Shown here piece after piece: positions 1 to 12,633 of a stretch of 64,000 nt of DNA; position 1 is the stretch's first letter, and each line of letters begins with the position of its first letter. Source of the DNA: Octopus vulgaris (lineage: Eukaryota); contig OX597827.1 of NCBI GenBank assembly GCA_951406725.2, positions 42,346,001 to 42,410,000 on the forward strand. Direction: 5' to 3'. The position numbers were made by a program, and so were the translations under genes. Below the pieces are notes generated by a model that did no database searches, was not told the DNA's origin, and saw only the letters and a list, made by a program, of their open reading frames with translations.

Positions 1-180
1 AGAATGAGAGAAAGTTGTGGCGAAAGAGTCAGCAGAAGTTCGCTATTACCTTCTGCCAGAGCTGCGTGGAGCTTAGGTGTTTCGCTCATAAACACACACA
101 TCGCCCGGTCTGAGATTCGATCCCGCGATCCCTCGACCGCGAGTCCGATGCTCTAACCACTAGGCCATGTGTTCTCCACT
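1..180 (-). mobile_element. tRNA-derived SINE, family C (5' part)
   Basis: Minus strand reads atggcctagtggttagagcatcggactcgcggtcgagggatcgcgggatcgaatctc, a tRNA-like head with A and B boxes. Homologous to 38750-39142. Confidence 0.8.
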
Positions 181-1440
181 TTAATACAGGGGGTCAATGG
201 CATCGATTACCACGCTCACCCTTAAATTGCTGACTCTGTACCAAAATTAGAAAGAATTATTCGTAGTATTCACTGCTGACCTGTTCAGATGTGTTTTGGT
301 ATCGCTTTCCTTGGGTGGATTCTAAGAAGCTTAAAGTGCAACAAAGAATAATGATATTTTTTTCTTTGGAACATTTTCAAGCAGGCAGTTTATATGCATT
401 GGAAGTCTGCCCATCCAGTGTCCAGACGAAAAATAAATGAAAGTCTACTTGTATACAAATTCTGGGTCTTTTTTAATGTTTTAGTTACATTAATACTATG
501 GCGACGCAAAACGCCCAGCAAAACAATCATTATGAAGGTGAACGAGTCTCCAAGGATTTCAAATAGTAGCAGAAACACTTTGCAGTAAAATATATGCGCA
601 TTGAAAGGGGAATATTATTCCTTGAGGTGAATAATATTGTCAAGAGCGGTTTTTGAGATACTTCTGGCAAAAAGAACAATATTTAAATCTTCCTATCTTT
701 TTCTACTCATGTCTCACTCACTCACTCACTCACTCACTCACTCACTCACTCACTCACTCACTCGCTCACACCCAATGTCAAATGAAAGCTACTCTCTATT
801 TTCACAATGAGAGAAATTTTTGTGAAGAGCCTGTTTCATATGGCAAATATAATTTCCATCAGACAAACTTTGTACATGTAATATTTTAACGAAAGAGAAA
901 AAGACAAAAAGACTGCATGGTAGTATTATGTGACAGAAACAGGTGTATTTCCATGTGAAACTATCATACGGGTATGAGAGAGAAGGGATGCAAAGTACCC
1001 GAGGATTGCCAAAGCCTTAGAAAGATTTATTTGTACCTTTCTAATACAATTGTATGTGGAGTTGGATGTCCTATATCGAACGGAGGACACATAAATCTCT
1101 GCTGATTTTAAAATTTATGAAGAGGAGAAGCGACAAGCTCGATAAGGGCCTCACACATATACCCAAAAATAAAGCCCATAGTATTTGGAACGAAGAAAAT
1201 GATCACTGTAATAGACAGCGGTGATGATGATGTTTCCTGGCCCAAGGTCATATATATAGCAAGATATAGGCAACTGGTCTGCTGACTTCAACCATGTGCT
1301 AACGGATGCGGTGTTTATGAACCACCCACTCTCTGTGAATCCCACAAGACAATAAAACGATCAGGAGTTGTGTCTTGTATTGAGAACTGAGAGAAAGTTG
1401 TCCACACTAGAAAGCCTAGTTGCTATACATGTGACTATAA

Positions 1441-1668
1441 CGGCGAGCTGGCGGCGAGCTGGCACGCCGGGCGAAATGCGTAGCCGTATTTCGTCTGTCG
1501 TTACGTTCCGAGTTCAAATTCCGCCGAGGTCGACTTTGCCTTTCATCCTTTCGGGGTCGATAAATTAAGTACCAGTTACGCACTGGGGTCGATGTAATCG
1601 ACTTAATCCCTTTGTCTGTCCTTGTTTGTCCCCTCTGTGTTTAGCCCCTTGTGGGTAGTAAAGAAATA
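1441..1668 (+). mobile_element. tRNA-derived SINE, family A, with target-site duplication
   Basis: ggcgagctggc...gagttcaaattcc (B box)...gtcgactttgcctttcatcctttcggggtcgataaattaagtaccag...aaagaaata. Flanked by the direct repeat tatacatgtgac(t/a)ataacgg. Confidence 0.9.
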
Positions 1669-2469
1669 TATACATGTGACAATAACGGTCATATAAGGGC
1701 TTCCTACGTAGAAAATCTGGAAAAGCTAAAAATTAATATAAAATGCTATGGGACTACTGTTTCTGGAACATCACCAAGCGGTTTTCAGGAAAAGATGAAA
1801 TAAAAAATAACTTGTCCTCGATCTCTTGTGTCGACTGGGAAAAGGAGGGCCTCTTTTCGTGTGTTATAAATAGTAGCTCCATTCCAAAATCTAGTAGCAA
1901 TGAATAGGAGATGAAAGCCTAGCAGAGGTTGGAAATGTAAAAAGAAGAAAGAAAAAAAAAACACACACAAAGAAAAAGGGAATGAAAACAGAGCCCGAAA
2001 GATTAGAATAGTGGAAGGCGTAACATTTTTAGCGACTTCTTTGGGACGAATTAAGTACAGATTGGTGAGGAGATAGGATCTGATTACATGAAGCTTGAGA
2101 AATCAGAGTATATTAAAGAATTCGTTTTTAAGCACACTTCCAACAAACTTTACGTGAACTATCACCTAGACGTAAAGGTTTTGTTTTCTTTTCTTTTCTC
2201 ATTTTTTTTTTTTTTTTTGTTTGATCGTTCTGATACTGAAATTGTTCACAAGTATTTCTGAAATATATAAGTACATGGATACCAGAGCAGAAATAAGAAA
2301 ATGGCTCAGAAACAGATTTGGACCAATAAGGAGTCTTGATCAAACCTCCGTGTCGGTTTTTCTCCTCGTATTTTGAGAGGTTATCCAATTTGTGTTTCCC
2401 ATTCTTGTATTTCATTTACTTCCTTTAAAATATTTGTTGAATCTGAAGGACAGGACAGAGTCTTGCAGC

Positions 2470-2935
2470 CTCTACGAGACTGGTAAGATCGATGCCGTTA
2501 ATATTCAGTTTAAAAATGTTGCTGCTTTTCAGTTGCCGGAAAGACACGAACCGGGAAGAAATTCCAAAGTGTAGATGTTCTGCAGAGGAAGGATTGTGAA
2601 TAGTGGATAGTGCAGAGAAAGGATGTTTGGGCACGAAACGAGGTTGAGGAAAGGTGGAGAGGCGAGTGAGACGGGAAGCACTTAGGTGGTGTAGGTACCG
2701 ATCCAGTCACCACTGAGGAGCGGAGTGCATTATAACAGTAATAGAAAAGATAAACAGATGACACATCACACCTCTGGACCAAAAGATACAGTGCTTTGGT
2801 TAGTAATGGAGTGCTGAACAGTCAAGTGGTTCTTCTGTAGATGCAATTCAGCGCTGTCTAGGATGCTAATATGTGTAGTAGCAGCAACGATCCAAATGTT
2901 GGAACACTGCTCCATTGTGGCCATCACTAAAGCCT
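2470..2935 (-). pseudogene. Decayed CR1/Jockey-like LINE ORF2 C-terminal fragment
   Basis: Translation RCDVSSVYLFYYCYN...YSQSFLCRTSTLWNFFP..VFP resembles the post-RT C-terminus of CR1/Jockey-group LINEs. Multiple frameshifts. Confidence 0.6.
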
Positions 2936-3148
2936 TTCATGTCCGGCAAGTTGACCGTCATCAGTTCAAACACGATTTTGAATAATGTAAATTTGAATTT
3001 TGTATTTGATTTATGTTGTAAAGAAACGCGAATTAAAAATTCAGCAATTTTTTCTTCATATTTAGTCTACACTATGCTTTGATCCAAAAGATACAATCCC
3101 TGACTTCACGTTTTGATCACCATTACTTTCATTTTTTTCTTTTTCAGG

Positions 3149-3302
3149 TGCAGGAGTGGCTGTGTGGTAAGTAGCTTGCTTACCAACCACATTGTTCCGG
3201 GTTCAGTCCCACTGCGTGGCACCTTGGGCAAGTGTCTTCTACTATAGCCTCGGGCCGACCAAAGCCTTGTGAGTGGATTTCGTAGACGGAAACTGAAAGA
3301 AT
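3149..3302 (+). mobile_element. SINE family B (tRNA head + CORE-like domain), 5' part
   Basis: gcaggagtggctgtgtggtaag...gggttcagtccc...gcaccttgggcaagtgtctt: A/B boxes and a CORE-like accttgggcaagt motif. Confidence 0.85.
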
Positions 3303-3375
3303 TCTGAATTCGTTGGCTGTAATCGACTAGTCCCCTCCCACAAAACTTCAGTCCTTGTGCCTGCAGTAGAAAGGA

Positions 3376-3444
<69 letters not shown>

Positions 3445-3446
<2 letters not shown>

Positions 3447-3672
3447 GAGTGAGGTAGCAGCGCATGCCATCAAAGTGACACTGGGGTAAAATATACGAAG
3501 CCCAGTATACCTATCATGACTACCCCTCTGATAAGGGTACACTAGGCACATGCATCACAATCAGAATATTTGCTGCACCCATGTTTTATACCGAGACAAA
3601 ACAATGTACACGATAACACTTCCAATCAGTTAAGATCAGAAGCCACGAGAGCCACTGCCTCGTACTGCATTA
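3445..3672 (-). mobile_element. (TAA)n-embedded non-autonomous element, internally deleted copy
   Basis: Both ends match 4441-4998. Flanked on both sides by (TTA)n. Confidence 0.8.
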
Positions 3673-3694
3673 CTATTATTATTAATATTATTAC

Positions 3695-3796
<102 letters not shown>

Positions 3797-3807
3797 CATT
3801 ATTATTA

Positions 3808-4430
3808 AGGCGACGAGCTGGCAGAATTGTTAGCGTCCTGGATGAAATGCTTAGCTATATTTCGTCTGCCGCTACAGTCTGAGTTCAAATTTCGCCGAGG
3901 CGGACTTTGTTTTTTATCTTTCCGGGGTCGATAAATTAAGTACTGGTGAAATACTGGGGCCGATGTAATCAGCCATCCTCCCCGCCTAGAGTAGAAAGGA
4001 ATGTTATTATTAAGGCGGCGAGCTGGCAGAATTGTTAGCACAACGGGCGAAATGCTTAGCGGTATTTCGCGTGCCGTTACCTTCTGAGTTCAAATTCCGC
4101 CGAGGTCGACTTTGCCTTTTATCCTTTCGGGAGTCGATAAATTAAGTACCGGTGAAACACTGGGATTCATGTAATTGATTAGTCCCTTCCCATCAAATTT
4201 TAGGCCTTGTGCTTATCGTAGAAAGGATTATTATTCTTAAGGCGTCGTGCATAACATATAACTGCATTTCACCCGTCTTTACGTTCTGATTTCAAATTCA
4301 GTTGAGATCAACTTTTCCTTTCATTCCTTCGGGGTCGATAAAATAAGTACAAGCACTTGACCGGGATCGATGCAATCAACTATATCCCACCCCCAAATTC
4401 CAGGCCTTATGCGTATAGTAGAACGGATTA
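3808..4430 (+). mobile_element. Three consecutive family A SINEs with (TTA) tails
   Basis: Three aaggcg(g/a/t)cg heads at about 3808, 4012 and 4239, each with a B box, central domain and ..tagaaaggattattatt-like tail. Confidence 0.85.
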
Positions 4431-4440
4431 TTATTATTAT

Positions 4441-4998
4441 TGAGTGAGAGACCAGTGTATGCCATCAAAGTGACACTGGGGTAAAATATACGAAGCCCAA
4501 TATACCCATCATGACTACTCGTCTGATAAGGGTACACCAGGCACATGCATCACAACCATATGTGTGCGACATGGTGATCTCACATCAAGATAAATAGCAC
4601 ATAACATTGCAGGTGGAGCTCAGTTAGAATCTTCTTCTGCTCGAGTAGCCCATCCTGCTCAAATGGTTCCTGAATAAGGATTGTTTAAGGATGTTGAACG
4701 AAACACCCATGTTTCCAGAGGTGAATTATTCAAACCCCAAAGAATCCCTCTCAACACATGGCTATGATGCTCCCAGACTACTTCTGCTTGTGATCAGAGA
4801 TGCACATATCGTCAGCCACTAAGGGACATGCTCAACTGGTTACGGTCAAACAGCTGACAAGCAAATCTGTGGAATTGAGCAGAATATTTGCTGTAGCCCA
4901 TCTTTTATACCAAGACAAAACAATGTACATGATAACACTTCCAATCAGTTACGATCAGCAGCCATGAGAGCCACTGTCTGGTACTGCATCAGGGCATT
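4441..4998 (-). mobile_element. ~560-bp non-coding element inserted in (TAA)n, apparently full length
   Basis: Flanked by (TTA)n on both sides. Homologous copies at 3445, 15436, 44238 and 53435. No meaningful ORF and no TIR seen. Strand is inferred from the (AAT)n tail. Confidence 0.8.
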
Positions 4999-5012
4999 TA
5001 TTATTATTATTA

Positions 5013-5089
<77 letters not shown>

Positions 5090-5596
5090 TCTGCAGACAT
5101 CCAAGACAAACATGTCGAGAGCGCTCATTTATCTTTCTGTTTATTAGTTTAGTGTTTATTGGGGGGAAAAAAAAGCTCTTTCTTTATTTCATACATGTAT
5201 TGTTGAAAAAAAAACAACAACAAAAAACAAACACATGTATTGTGTTGTGTAAAATAATAATGATCTTTCAACGACTCCTTGTTTGTACATGTATGGCCAG
5301 CGAGCCAGCAAAGGAAAGAAGACGGTGTGAAACTTGTATGATCACAGCAAAACCTATTTATTCCCAATTTAAAATGTTTATATTCACTAATTACTGATAT
5401 AGATCAGCATCTCTTCCCTCGGGCCCTTTTGTTCGCTCTGCCAATTAGATACGTGGTGTTTACAATTGTCGTGTTTACGTTTGAATTTTATGTAATTACA
5501 GCAGTCAGTTTGGCGTTCATCTATTCTTTTACACAGCCTTAAATGTTCTCTGTTTAATGATGAAGAGATTCTACGTTTCACATATTAGTGCACCTA

Positions 5597-6268
5597 GCAG
5601 GAGTGGTTGTGTGGTAAGTAGCTTGCTTACCAACCACATGATTCCGGGTTCAGTCCCACTGCGTGGCACCTTGGGCAAGCGTCTTCTACTATAGTCTCGG
5701 GCCGACCAAAGCCTTGTGAGTGGAAAGAAGCTCGTTGTATATATGTATATGTATATGTATATGTATAAGGCGGCGAGCTGGCAGAAGCGTTAGCACGCCG
5801 GGCGAAATGCTAAGCGGTATTTCGTCTGCCGCTACGTTCTGAGTTCAAATCCCGCCGAGATCGACTTTGCCTTTTATCCTTTCGGGGTCGATAAATTAAG
5901 TACCAGCTACGCACTGGAGTCGATGTAATCGACTTAATCCGTTTGCTGTCCTTGTTTGTCCCCTCTGTGTTTAGCCCCTTGTGGGTAGTAAAGAAATATA
6001 TATATGTATATGTATGTGAGTGTGAGATATATATATATATATATATATATATGTGTTTGTGTGTCTGTGTTTGATCCCCCAGCATCGCTTGACAACCGAT
6101 GCTGGTGTGTTTACGTCCCCGTAAGCTAGCGGTTCGGCAAAAGAGACCGATAGAATAAGTACTAGGCTTCCAAAGAATAAGTCCTGGGGTCGATTTGCTC
6201 GACTAAAGTTGGTGCTCCACCATGGCCAGTCAAATGACTGAAACAAGTAAAAGTAAAAGAGTAAGAGT
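5597..6268 (+). mobile_element. SINE family B with a family A SINE (5768-5998) nested in its internal microsatellite
   Basis: B head at 5597, (TA/TG) tract interrupted by a complete A copy, then the B 3' half ending gtaaaagag repeats. Confidence 0.9.
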
Positions 6269-6289
6269 TATATATTTCCATTCTTTTAT

Positions 6290-6521
6290 TCTTTTATTCT
6301 TTTATTTGTTTCAGTCATTTGACTGCGGCCATGTGAAGCATCGCTTTGAAGCATTTTGCTTTTTTTTTTTGTCGAACAAGTTGACCTTAAGGTTTATTAT
6401 TATTATTTTTTCAACCTAGTACTTATTCTATCGGTATATTTTGCCGAGCCGCTAAGTTATGGAGACTTAAACACACCGACATCAGTTGTCAAGCGATGAT
6501 GGGGGACAAATGCGGAACCCC

Positions 6522-6560
<39 letters not shown>

Positions 6561-6702
6561 ACGTGCTTCTTTCAGTTCCCCCTGCTAAATCCACTCACAC
6601 GGTTTTAGCCAGCCCGAGGCTATAGTTGAAAACACTTGCCCAAAGTGCCACGCAGTGGGACTGAAGCCGGAACCATGTCGTTGGGAAGCAAGCCTTTTAT
6701 CA
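6290..6702 (-). mobile_element. SINE family B, inverted relative to its neighbour
   Basis: Reverse complement of the family B consensus (ttgtttcagtcatttgactgcggccatg ... gtgccacgcagtgggactgaa). Confidence 0.85.
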
Positions 6703-6864
6703 CTTGGTCAAAAGTCTGTTCTGCTTGCTAGAAATAGCAAGTAAATCTCAAAAATCACAACCTACTGACTATGAAAGAAGACGGCATACATAGTATAATA
6801 TGGTTTCCGATATGATTCTGTCAATGTAACGGGATGTACGTTTCCTAACACATTAAATTATGCA

Positions 6865-7632
6865 CAGTAATACCTCACTTTACGAGACCCTGGGTTTACG
6901 AGCTTTATTTTGCAAGCACAAGATCCAAATTTTGAACGAAGTTTAATAGTTTCAACGACCATAACAAAGGTTTCTGCATGTTACCGAGAAATTTATAGAG
7001 AGCGAAAATAGCTTCTTCTAAGCAAGCAGCTCAAGACTTATCTTTTAAAAAGAAGTCTACAAGTCCGTCTACGATTGCTTGTGAATCGGCGATCGCGTCT
7101 ACAAGTGATGGTGCGTGCAAGTCTAGTAGGAGTCAAAGTGATTCAAAAAACAATTATAATATTTTTTTAATTATAAATGACCTTGACATTCTTTTTTCGT
7201 TTTGGGATTTGGTTTGCAAGATTCTTTATATGAGTTCGTGTGTTGAAGCATATTCTGTTGTGTCTGGGGAGAGTCATTTTCTTTTTGTGCCTTATAATGT
7301 AACACACTCACCGGCATCGAAAATTTTAGGGAAATAAAAATATAAGAAAAATGTGGAAATTTTACTGGTGAGTGTGTTACATTATAAGGCACAAAAAGAA
7401 AATGACTCTCCCCAGACACAACAGGACATTCTTTTTTATTTTACATAAAATATTCTTTATATTTTACTGTTATTTTATTGCCATTTATTTCGGAGTATTA
7501 GAAAATATATAGGTAAAATATTTGTGGGAGGGGACGAATAACGATTTATAATATTGCTGCTATGGGAACCTATTGCTCTGTTTTACGAGCGGTCTCCGGG
7601 AACAAATTAACTCGTATTTCGAGGCATTACTG
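6865..7632 (+). mobile_element. Internally deleted pogo/Tigger-like DNA transposon
   Basis: TIRs CAGTAATACCTCACTTTACGAG / CTCGTATTTCGAGGCATTACTG, followed by TA at the right end. Internal DPNFERSLIVSTTITKVSACYREIYRE resembles the Tigger transposase C-terminus. Confidence 0.75.
7198..7424. mobile_element. Inverted-repeat (Penelope pLTR-like) insertion with 13-bp direct repeats
   Basis: ~58-bp arms ctgttgtgtctggggagagtc...ctcaccgg and their reverse complement. Flanking gacattctttttt on both sides. Same family at 46838-46978. Confidence 0.7.
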
Positions 7633-7812
7633 TAGTTGTAGGTCTATCATATTTGAAGGAAAGATCAGATAGACGCGGTGGTGTGAAACCATTTGATCAT
7701 AGTCTCTTCGATCAAGGCTGCCCAGGCAAATACAACAACAACGGTGAGAATAATAATTATTTTATTTGGGACGTAACCTACGTCGAATAAATTAATAAAT
7801 GAATAAAAATAA

Positions 7813-8249
7813 GGATCTTTTCGGTTTGAACGGCAGTTTTTAACATGATTTCTAGGTAAGTAAAAAATTTTAAACTTCGTATACTGGTAGAATGTGTTTA
7901 TAAAACATCTTTTTCTCTTGGCTTTATTGAGAAAATTTTATAGTTTGTAAGATATTTGTTGTTTTTTTTTCTTCAATTTCTACAATTTCAACCAATCAGT
8001 GACGTCTATTGAGTTAAAAAGCATTCTGTGCCGTATGAATATGTCCCTCGTTTAAGAAATAGATTGGGTTTATTTACATTTGTGAAGAAATAAAAATACC
8101 CCTCCCCCACCCCTAACCCTAACAAACCCTAACTAACCCTAACCCTAAAAGAGATTGAAATGCAATAGATCGATTCTAGGGTCATAATTATGGGTGACAA
8201 TTTCATATGACACCGCTAGAAAAAGCTGCCGCTCAAACCGAAAAGATCC
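7813..8249. mobile_element. MITE with ~28-bp TIRs, 8-bp TSD (Merlin-like) and internal (CCCTAA)n
   Basis: GGATCTTTTCGGTTTGAACGGCAG / CTGCCGCTCAAACCGAAAAGATCC. TSD AAAAATAA at 7805-7812 and 8250-8257. Telomere-type repeats at about 8110-8147. Confidence 0.85.
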
Positions 8250-8759
8250 AAAAATAATAAATGAATAAATAATAGATTAATAAAAAAAGAAGTTAAAACG
8301 ACAAGAGAGACCACAACTGCGGCAGTAACAATGACGACGGCAAGAACAACGACAACAATAGCAACAACCACGACAGTGACAACAACAACAATAACAATCG
8401 TCTTATTCAGAGCATAATCTTGTGAAAAGAAATGAAACCCTAGCTAAAACGACCAAGGACGAACACAGACGACAACAACAGCAGCAGCAGCAACAATAAT
8501 GAAGACAGCAACATCAACAACAACAGCAACAAAAAATAATGACAACACTGTCAGAAAAAAAAACACACCGATGAAAAAAATCTACAAGAACAACAACAAC
8601 TACGGCTGTAACGACGACGACGACGATGAAGAGAGATTAGTCACTGAATTATTTTTAATAGCAAAACATGAAAAAATAAGTATTTGCAACCAAAATATTC
8701 TTCCTGGTTGTAAACTGAAACCTAACGCGAACTATTAAACCACACCCTTGTATCGTTAA

Positions 8760-9350
8760 CATTTAGCTTGTTTTGAAATCCGGACATAGTCAGAGGTTGG
8801 TAATATCAGATCACTTGTGAGGTCTCTCGTGAGTGCTACTAGTAACATGGAGTTCAGTACAACCTGTTGCATGATCGGGTGGTCGCGATTAAAACCGGAA
8901 CCTTCACTAGACTTGCCTGGTGAGGAGGATTGCAAGAAATCTAGCAAGACTAAAAACATTTGGCTTGTTTTTAAATTCGGACACAGTCAGAGGTTGGTAA
9001 TATCAGATCACTTGTGAGGTCTCTGATGAGTGCTATTGGTAACATGGAATTCAGTACAACCTGTTGCATGATCGAGTGGTCGCGATTAAAACCGGCACCT
9101 TCACTAGACTTGCCTGGTGAAGAGGATTGCTAGAAACCCAACAACACTAAAAAACATTTGGCTTGTTTTGAAATTCGGACACAGTCAGAGGTCAGTTATG
9201 TCAGATCACTTGTAAGGTTTCATGAATGCTACTGGTAACATGGAATTCAGTACAACCTGTTGCATGATCGAGTGGTCGCGATTAAAACCGGCACCTTCAC
9301 AAGACTTGCCTGGTGAGGGGGATTGCAAGAAATCCAGCAATACTAAAAAC
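8760..9350. repeat. Tandem repeat, ~197-bp unit x3
   Basis: Units start at about 8760, 8957 and 9155 (acatttggcttgttttgaaattcggac...gattgcaagaaatc..gcaa.actaaaaac). Confidence 0.9.
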
Positions 9351-10219
9351 AAGGGGGATGAACCCGCTTCAAATCCAGGCTACGTCTGCTCTGATAATCA
9401 ATGGTGATTTGGTCAGAGAATCCTCTGCAATGGTCGACAATCGACGGCAAGATGAGCTGCTATGAATCACACAATTCCAAAGTGTGTATGCATGTGACCG
9501 GGCACCACATGTGAACTTGTATTCCCAATGAAACTCTGATGGTCGGAGCCGGCTCAACCCACTTCGGTTGAATGCCGACGCATGTACAAGTAAGTCAGTA
9601 TATAAGTCAGTCAGTCAGTCAGTAAGTGGGTATGACTGTTTAAGAAATTCAGTTCGTAATCACATGGTTGTTGATTATATCCTATTATTTCTTATTGATT
9701 TATACATTTGTTAGAGATGAGAAAAGAAGAACATTAACATTGCTAGCGTCCTTCATCATCATTGAGGCCGTTGTTGAAAAAAGAAAGGCATTAACACGGG
9801 AAATATCATCGATAATTTCATGTCCTTGTCTCTGTTGAATGCGGAATTTAAGATTTTGGCGAAGATATTTACTATTCCCTGTAGATCTCGTATTCACAAC
9901 AATCTCCATCTCAGGTCGTACATCAAAAAGACCGTGAATAACAAAACTAGTTTCAGTGGGGCTCTGGTCGATTCAGATTAATTCAAAGTCTTTCACATGC
10001 GTTGCCCAGTGCTCCCTAAGGGCTCAGAGCAACTCGATTCATATCCATTTTCAGAAATTACATCTGTACCATATAGAATAGCGTGTATTTGCTCAGAATA
10101 AAGGGGCGCCTAGCAGAACCATTTTCATGATGTTATTATGTGGATTCTAGAAGAGCAACACTCGGTCTATAAATATGCTCCCTCTTATCGGTTTTTTCAA
10201 CCACCATTTCGAATTCCAC

Positions 10220-10700
10220 TCGAACTCGGCATATACGGACGACGTCGCCATTACGGATGGCATCATGTACGTCATAAATCGGAGTAGTCGGTACGAGACG
10301 AAAGAAATATGACATTGAAACAGGTGTTCACATTGAGCAGAACATTCGATGGAGCTGTAAATGAGTACAGTAGAGGCAAGTTTACATCTGGAAGAGCCGG
10401 ATTTGGCGATTGCTCGATCGACAGTTTTGTTGTGGTGAATGGGGATTAGTTTGGTCTTGATGTTCAAGTGAATAGAAATTGGGACGAGATTATTAGCAGA
10501 ATGACCAACCTCACACATAAATAGCCTAAGAGGAAGCTACCCCTGAAAGATAGAGCAGAATTGAGGAAACACCTGCAGCACTTTCTTACTGATAATTTAT
10601 TACCATCTGACCATCGTGCCTTGCTAATTAGCCCAGATATTCTCCTACGTTTTTCCTAGAAGCGACGTGTTTTATGGGCCTGCAGGAAATAATACTCTCT
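10220..10700 (+). pseudogene. Decayed L1/Tx1-type LINE reverse transcriptase fragment
   Basis: SAYTDDVAI (YADD-like), FGLDVQVNRNWDEIISRMTNLT, RKLPLKDRAE, IYYHLTIVPC. Stops and frameshifts. Confidence 0.65.
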
Positions 10701-10861
10701 ACACGGTGCACTCGTGACATAGTAGTAGTTGATGATATAAAAGGAAGAGCAGACCACACATCACCCTAAAGATAAACCACCTCGCATATTTGAAAGTCTT
10801 TTTAACAGTGGTAATATAGCTGATAATATACGGTAACAGCGAAATTTCATGAATTTCTTAG

Positions 10862-11316
10862 GCATTAAGCAATTGGATGGCTGTTTGCTTTGCATGTTTT
10901 CTCACACTCGTCTCTTTGACAGAGCAATAACCTTAGGTTAAGCAGGAATCAAGACAGACCTTCTGACATCTGAAATATAATTATTAAGCAGTTGGATGGC
11001 TGTTTGCTTAGCATGTTTGCCCACACCTGTCTCTTTGACAGCAATATATTTCTTCACTACCCACAAGGGTCTAAACACAGAGGGGACAAACAAGGACAGA
11101 CGAACGGATTAAGTCGATTATATCGACCCCAGTGCGTAACTGGTACTTAATTTATCGACCCCGAAAGGATGAAAGGCAAAGTCGACCTCAGCGGAATTTG
11201 AACCCAGAACGTAACGGCAGACGAAATACGGCTACGCATTTCGCCCGACGTGCTAACGATTCTGCCAGCTCAGGTTAAGCTGGAATCAAGACAGACCTTC
11301 TGACATCTGAAATATC
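10862..11316. repeat. ~118-bp tandem duplication with a family A SINE (11050-11270, minus) inserted in the second unit
   Basis: attaagca.ttggatggctgtttgc...aggttaagc.ggaatcaagacagaccttctgacatctgaaatat occurs twice; the second copy is split by the SINE. Confidence 0.85.
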
Positions 11317-11417
11317 GTTAGTCGTTTATAGCCCTCACTCAATCGTGAAATACACTTTATAGATTGTAGAGGGCATAAGTGATGATGTTATTATGTGGAT
11401 TCTAGAAGAGCAACAGT

Positions 11418-11728
11418 GAAGGCTTAGCGGTTTGGGTATTCGGCTCACGAACGTTGGGTTGTCAGTTCTATACCTGGCGGTGTGATATGTCCTCCGCAAA
11501 ACACTTTATCGCTCCAGTCCACTCAACTGGCAAAAATTAGTAGTACTTTTAATTCAAAAGGGCCAGTATTGTCACATTCTATGTTACACTGAATCTCCCT
11601 AAGAACTACATTAAGAGTACACCTGTCTGAGGAGTGCTCAACCAATTGCACGTTAATTTCACGAGCAGGCTTTTCCCTTGATCAGGTCAAATGGAATTCT
11701 TGCCGTCGTAACCGATAAAGTGCCAGTT
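11418..11728 (+). mobile_element. Decayed family C-type tRNA SINE
   Basis: ggcttagcggtttgggtattcggctcacga head; body aaagggccag..ttgtcacattct..gaatctccct.agaactac matches the reverse complement of 38750-38930. Confidence 0.7.
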
Positions 11729-12633
11729 TAGAAGATCAACAAAGCTTTCTCTTCCAGAAAACAGTTAACTGGGGAACTCCAAACAATTTCCTAAATCCCA
11801 TACATTCGCATTACCGCAGGGCTATTAGCGGTTCGGGATAAATGCTCCAAGCAGAATGTCTTCTACAAAGAGATTTTTTTTAAAATGCATGCTGAACGAC
11901 AAAGCTGTTCTGCATGCCTTCGTTTGGGTCCCTAAAGTTACAGACTCATGAATTACATCAGTGATCTCCAAAGTATTCGATATCGGTCCCTGGGTGTCAA
12001 TGGGACTATTCAAGGGGTCTATAAATGCATATCTACATAATAATAATTATTATTGTTTATGTATTTTTCATGTACATACCTGTGGGTCAATGAGCGGTCA
12101 AGGATTCCATGAAGGGGTCGATGGTCTAAAAAGTTTGGGGGCCCCTGGATTACATGGAAAAACGGTTACTGAGTGTAGGAAGACAAACACCCACTTCAAG
12201 TGGCCGGAGAAAATTGGAAGTTTAAACCTGTCTAGTAGCTTGTGGCGAAAGTCGTAGACTTGTGGGTAGAGGTTGAAAGGACTCAGAGCAGGCAGACAGG
12301 CAAGTAAGCAGACACGCAGGCATGTAGGCAGGCAGGCAGGCACTTATCGCTTTGGCCAAGCTTTCGTAAACTCATTGACGTACACCTTCGAGTGGAAGCC
12401 AAGGGTGAAGAGAGAAATGGTAATCTCCAGTAAATTTGCTCAGAATTGACTAAGAGCGGTGGCTACGGCTTAGATAAATGAGCTTACTTTCAGCCTGCTA
12501 CAATAGGCCGGAAACCATATGGACAGGAGAGCTTTCCTACTTTTGGCGGCAAAGTGTAATCGAGGAACTGTAAGGTTTCTTGTTTGTCGAACTCATTCGT
12601 GGCAATTTTTGCATTGAATATTCTTTCACTAGC

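Noticed and set aside
100-180. tRNA genes at SINE heads
   Set aside because: tRNA-like A/B boxes continue into SINE bodies and lack a proper acceptor stem, so they are SINE heads rather than tRNA genes.
2925-2968. Minus-strand CTGATGA-cgg/ccg motif
   Set aside because: Stem II is followed by GACA with no stem III. It lies at the edge of a decayed LINE and is probably chance.
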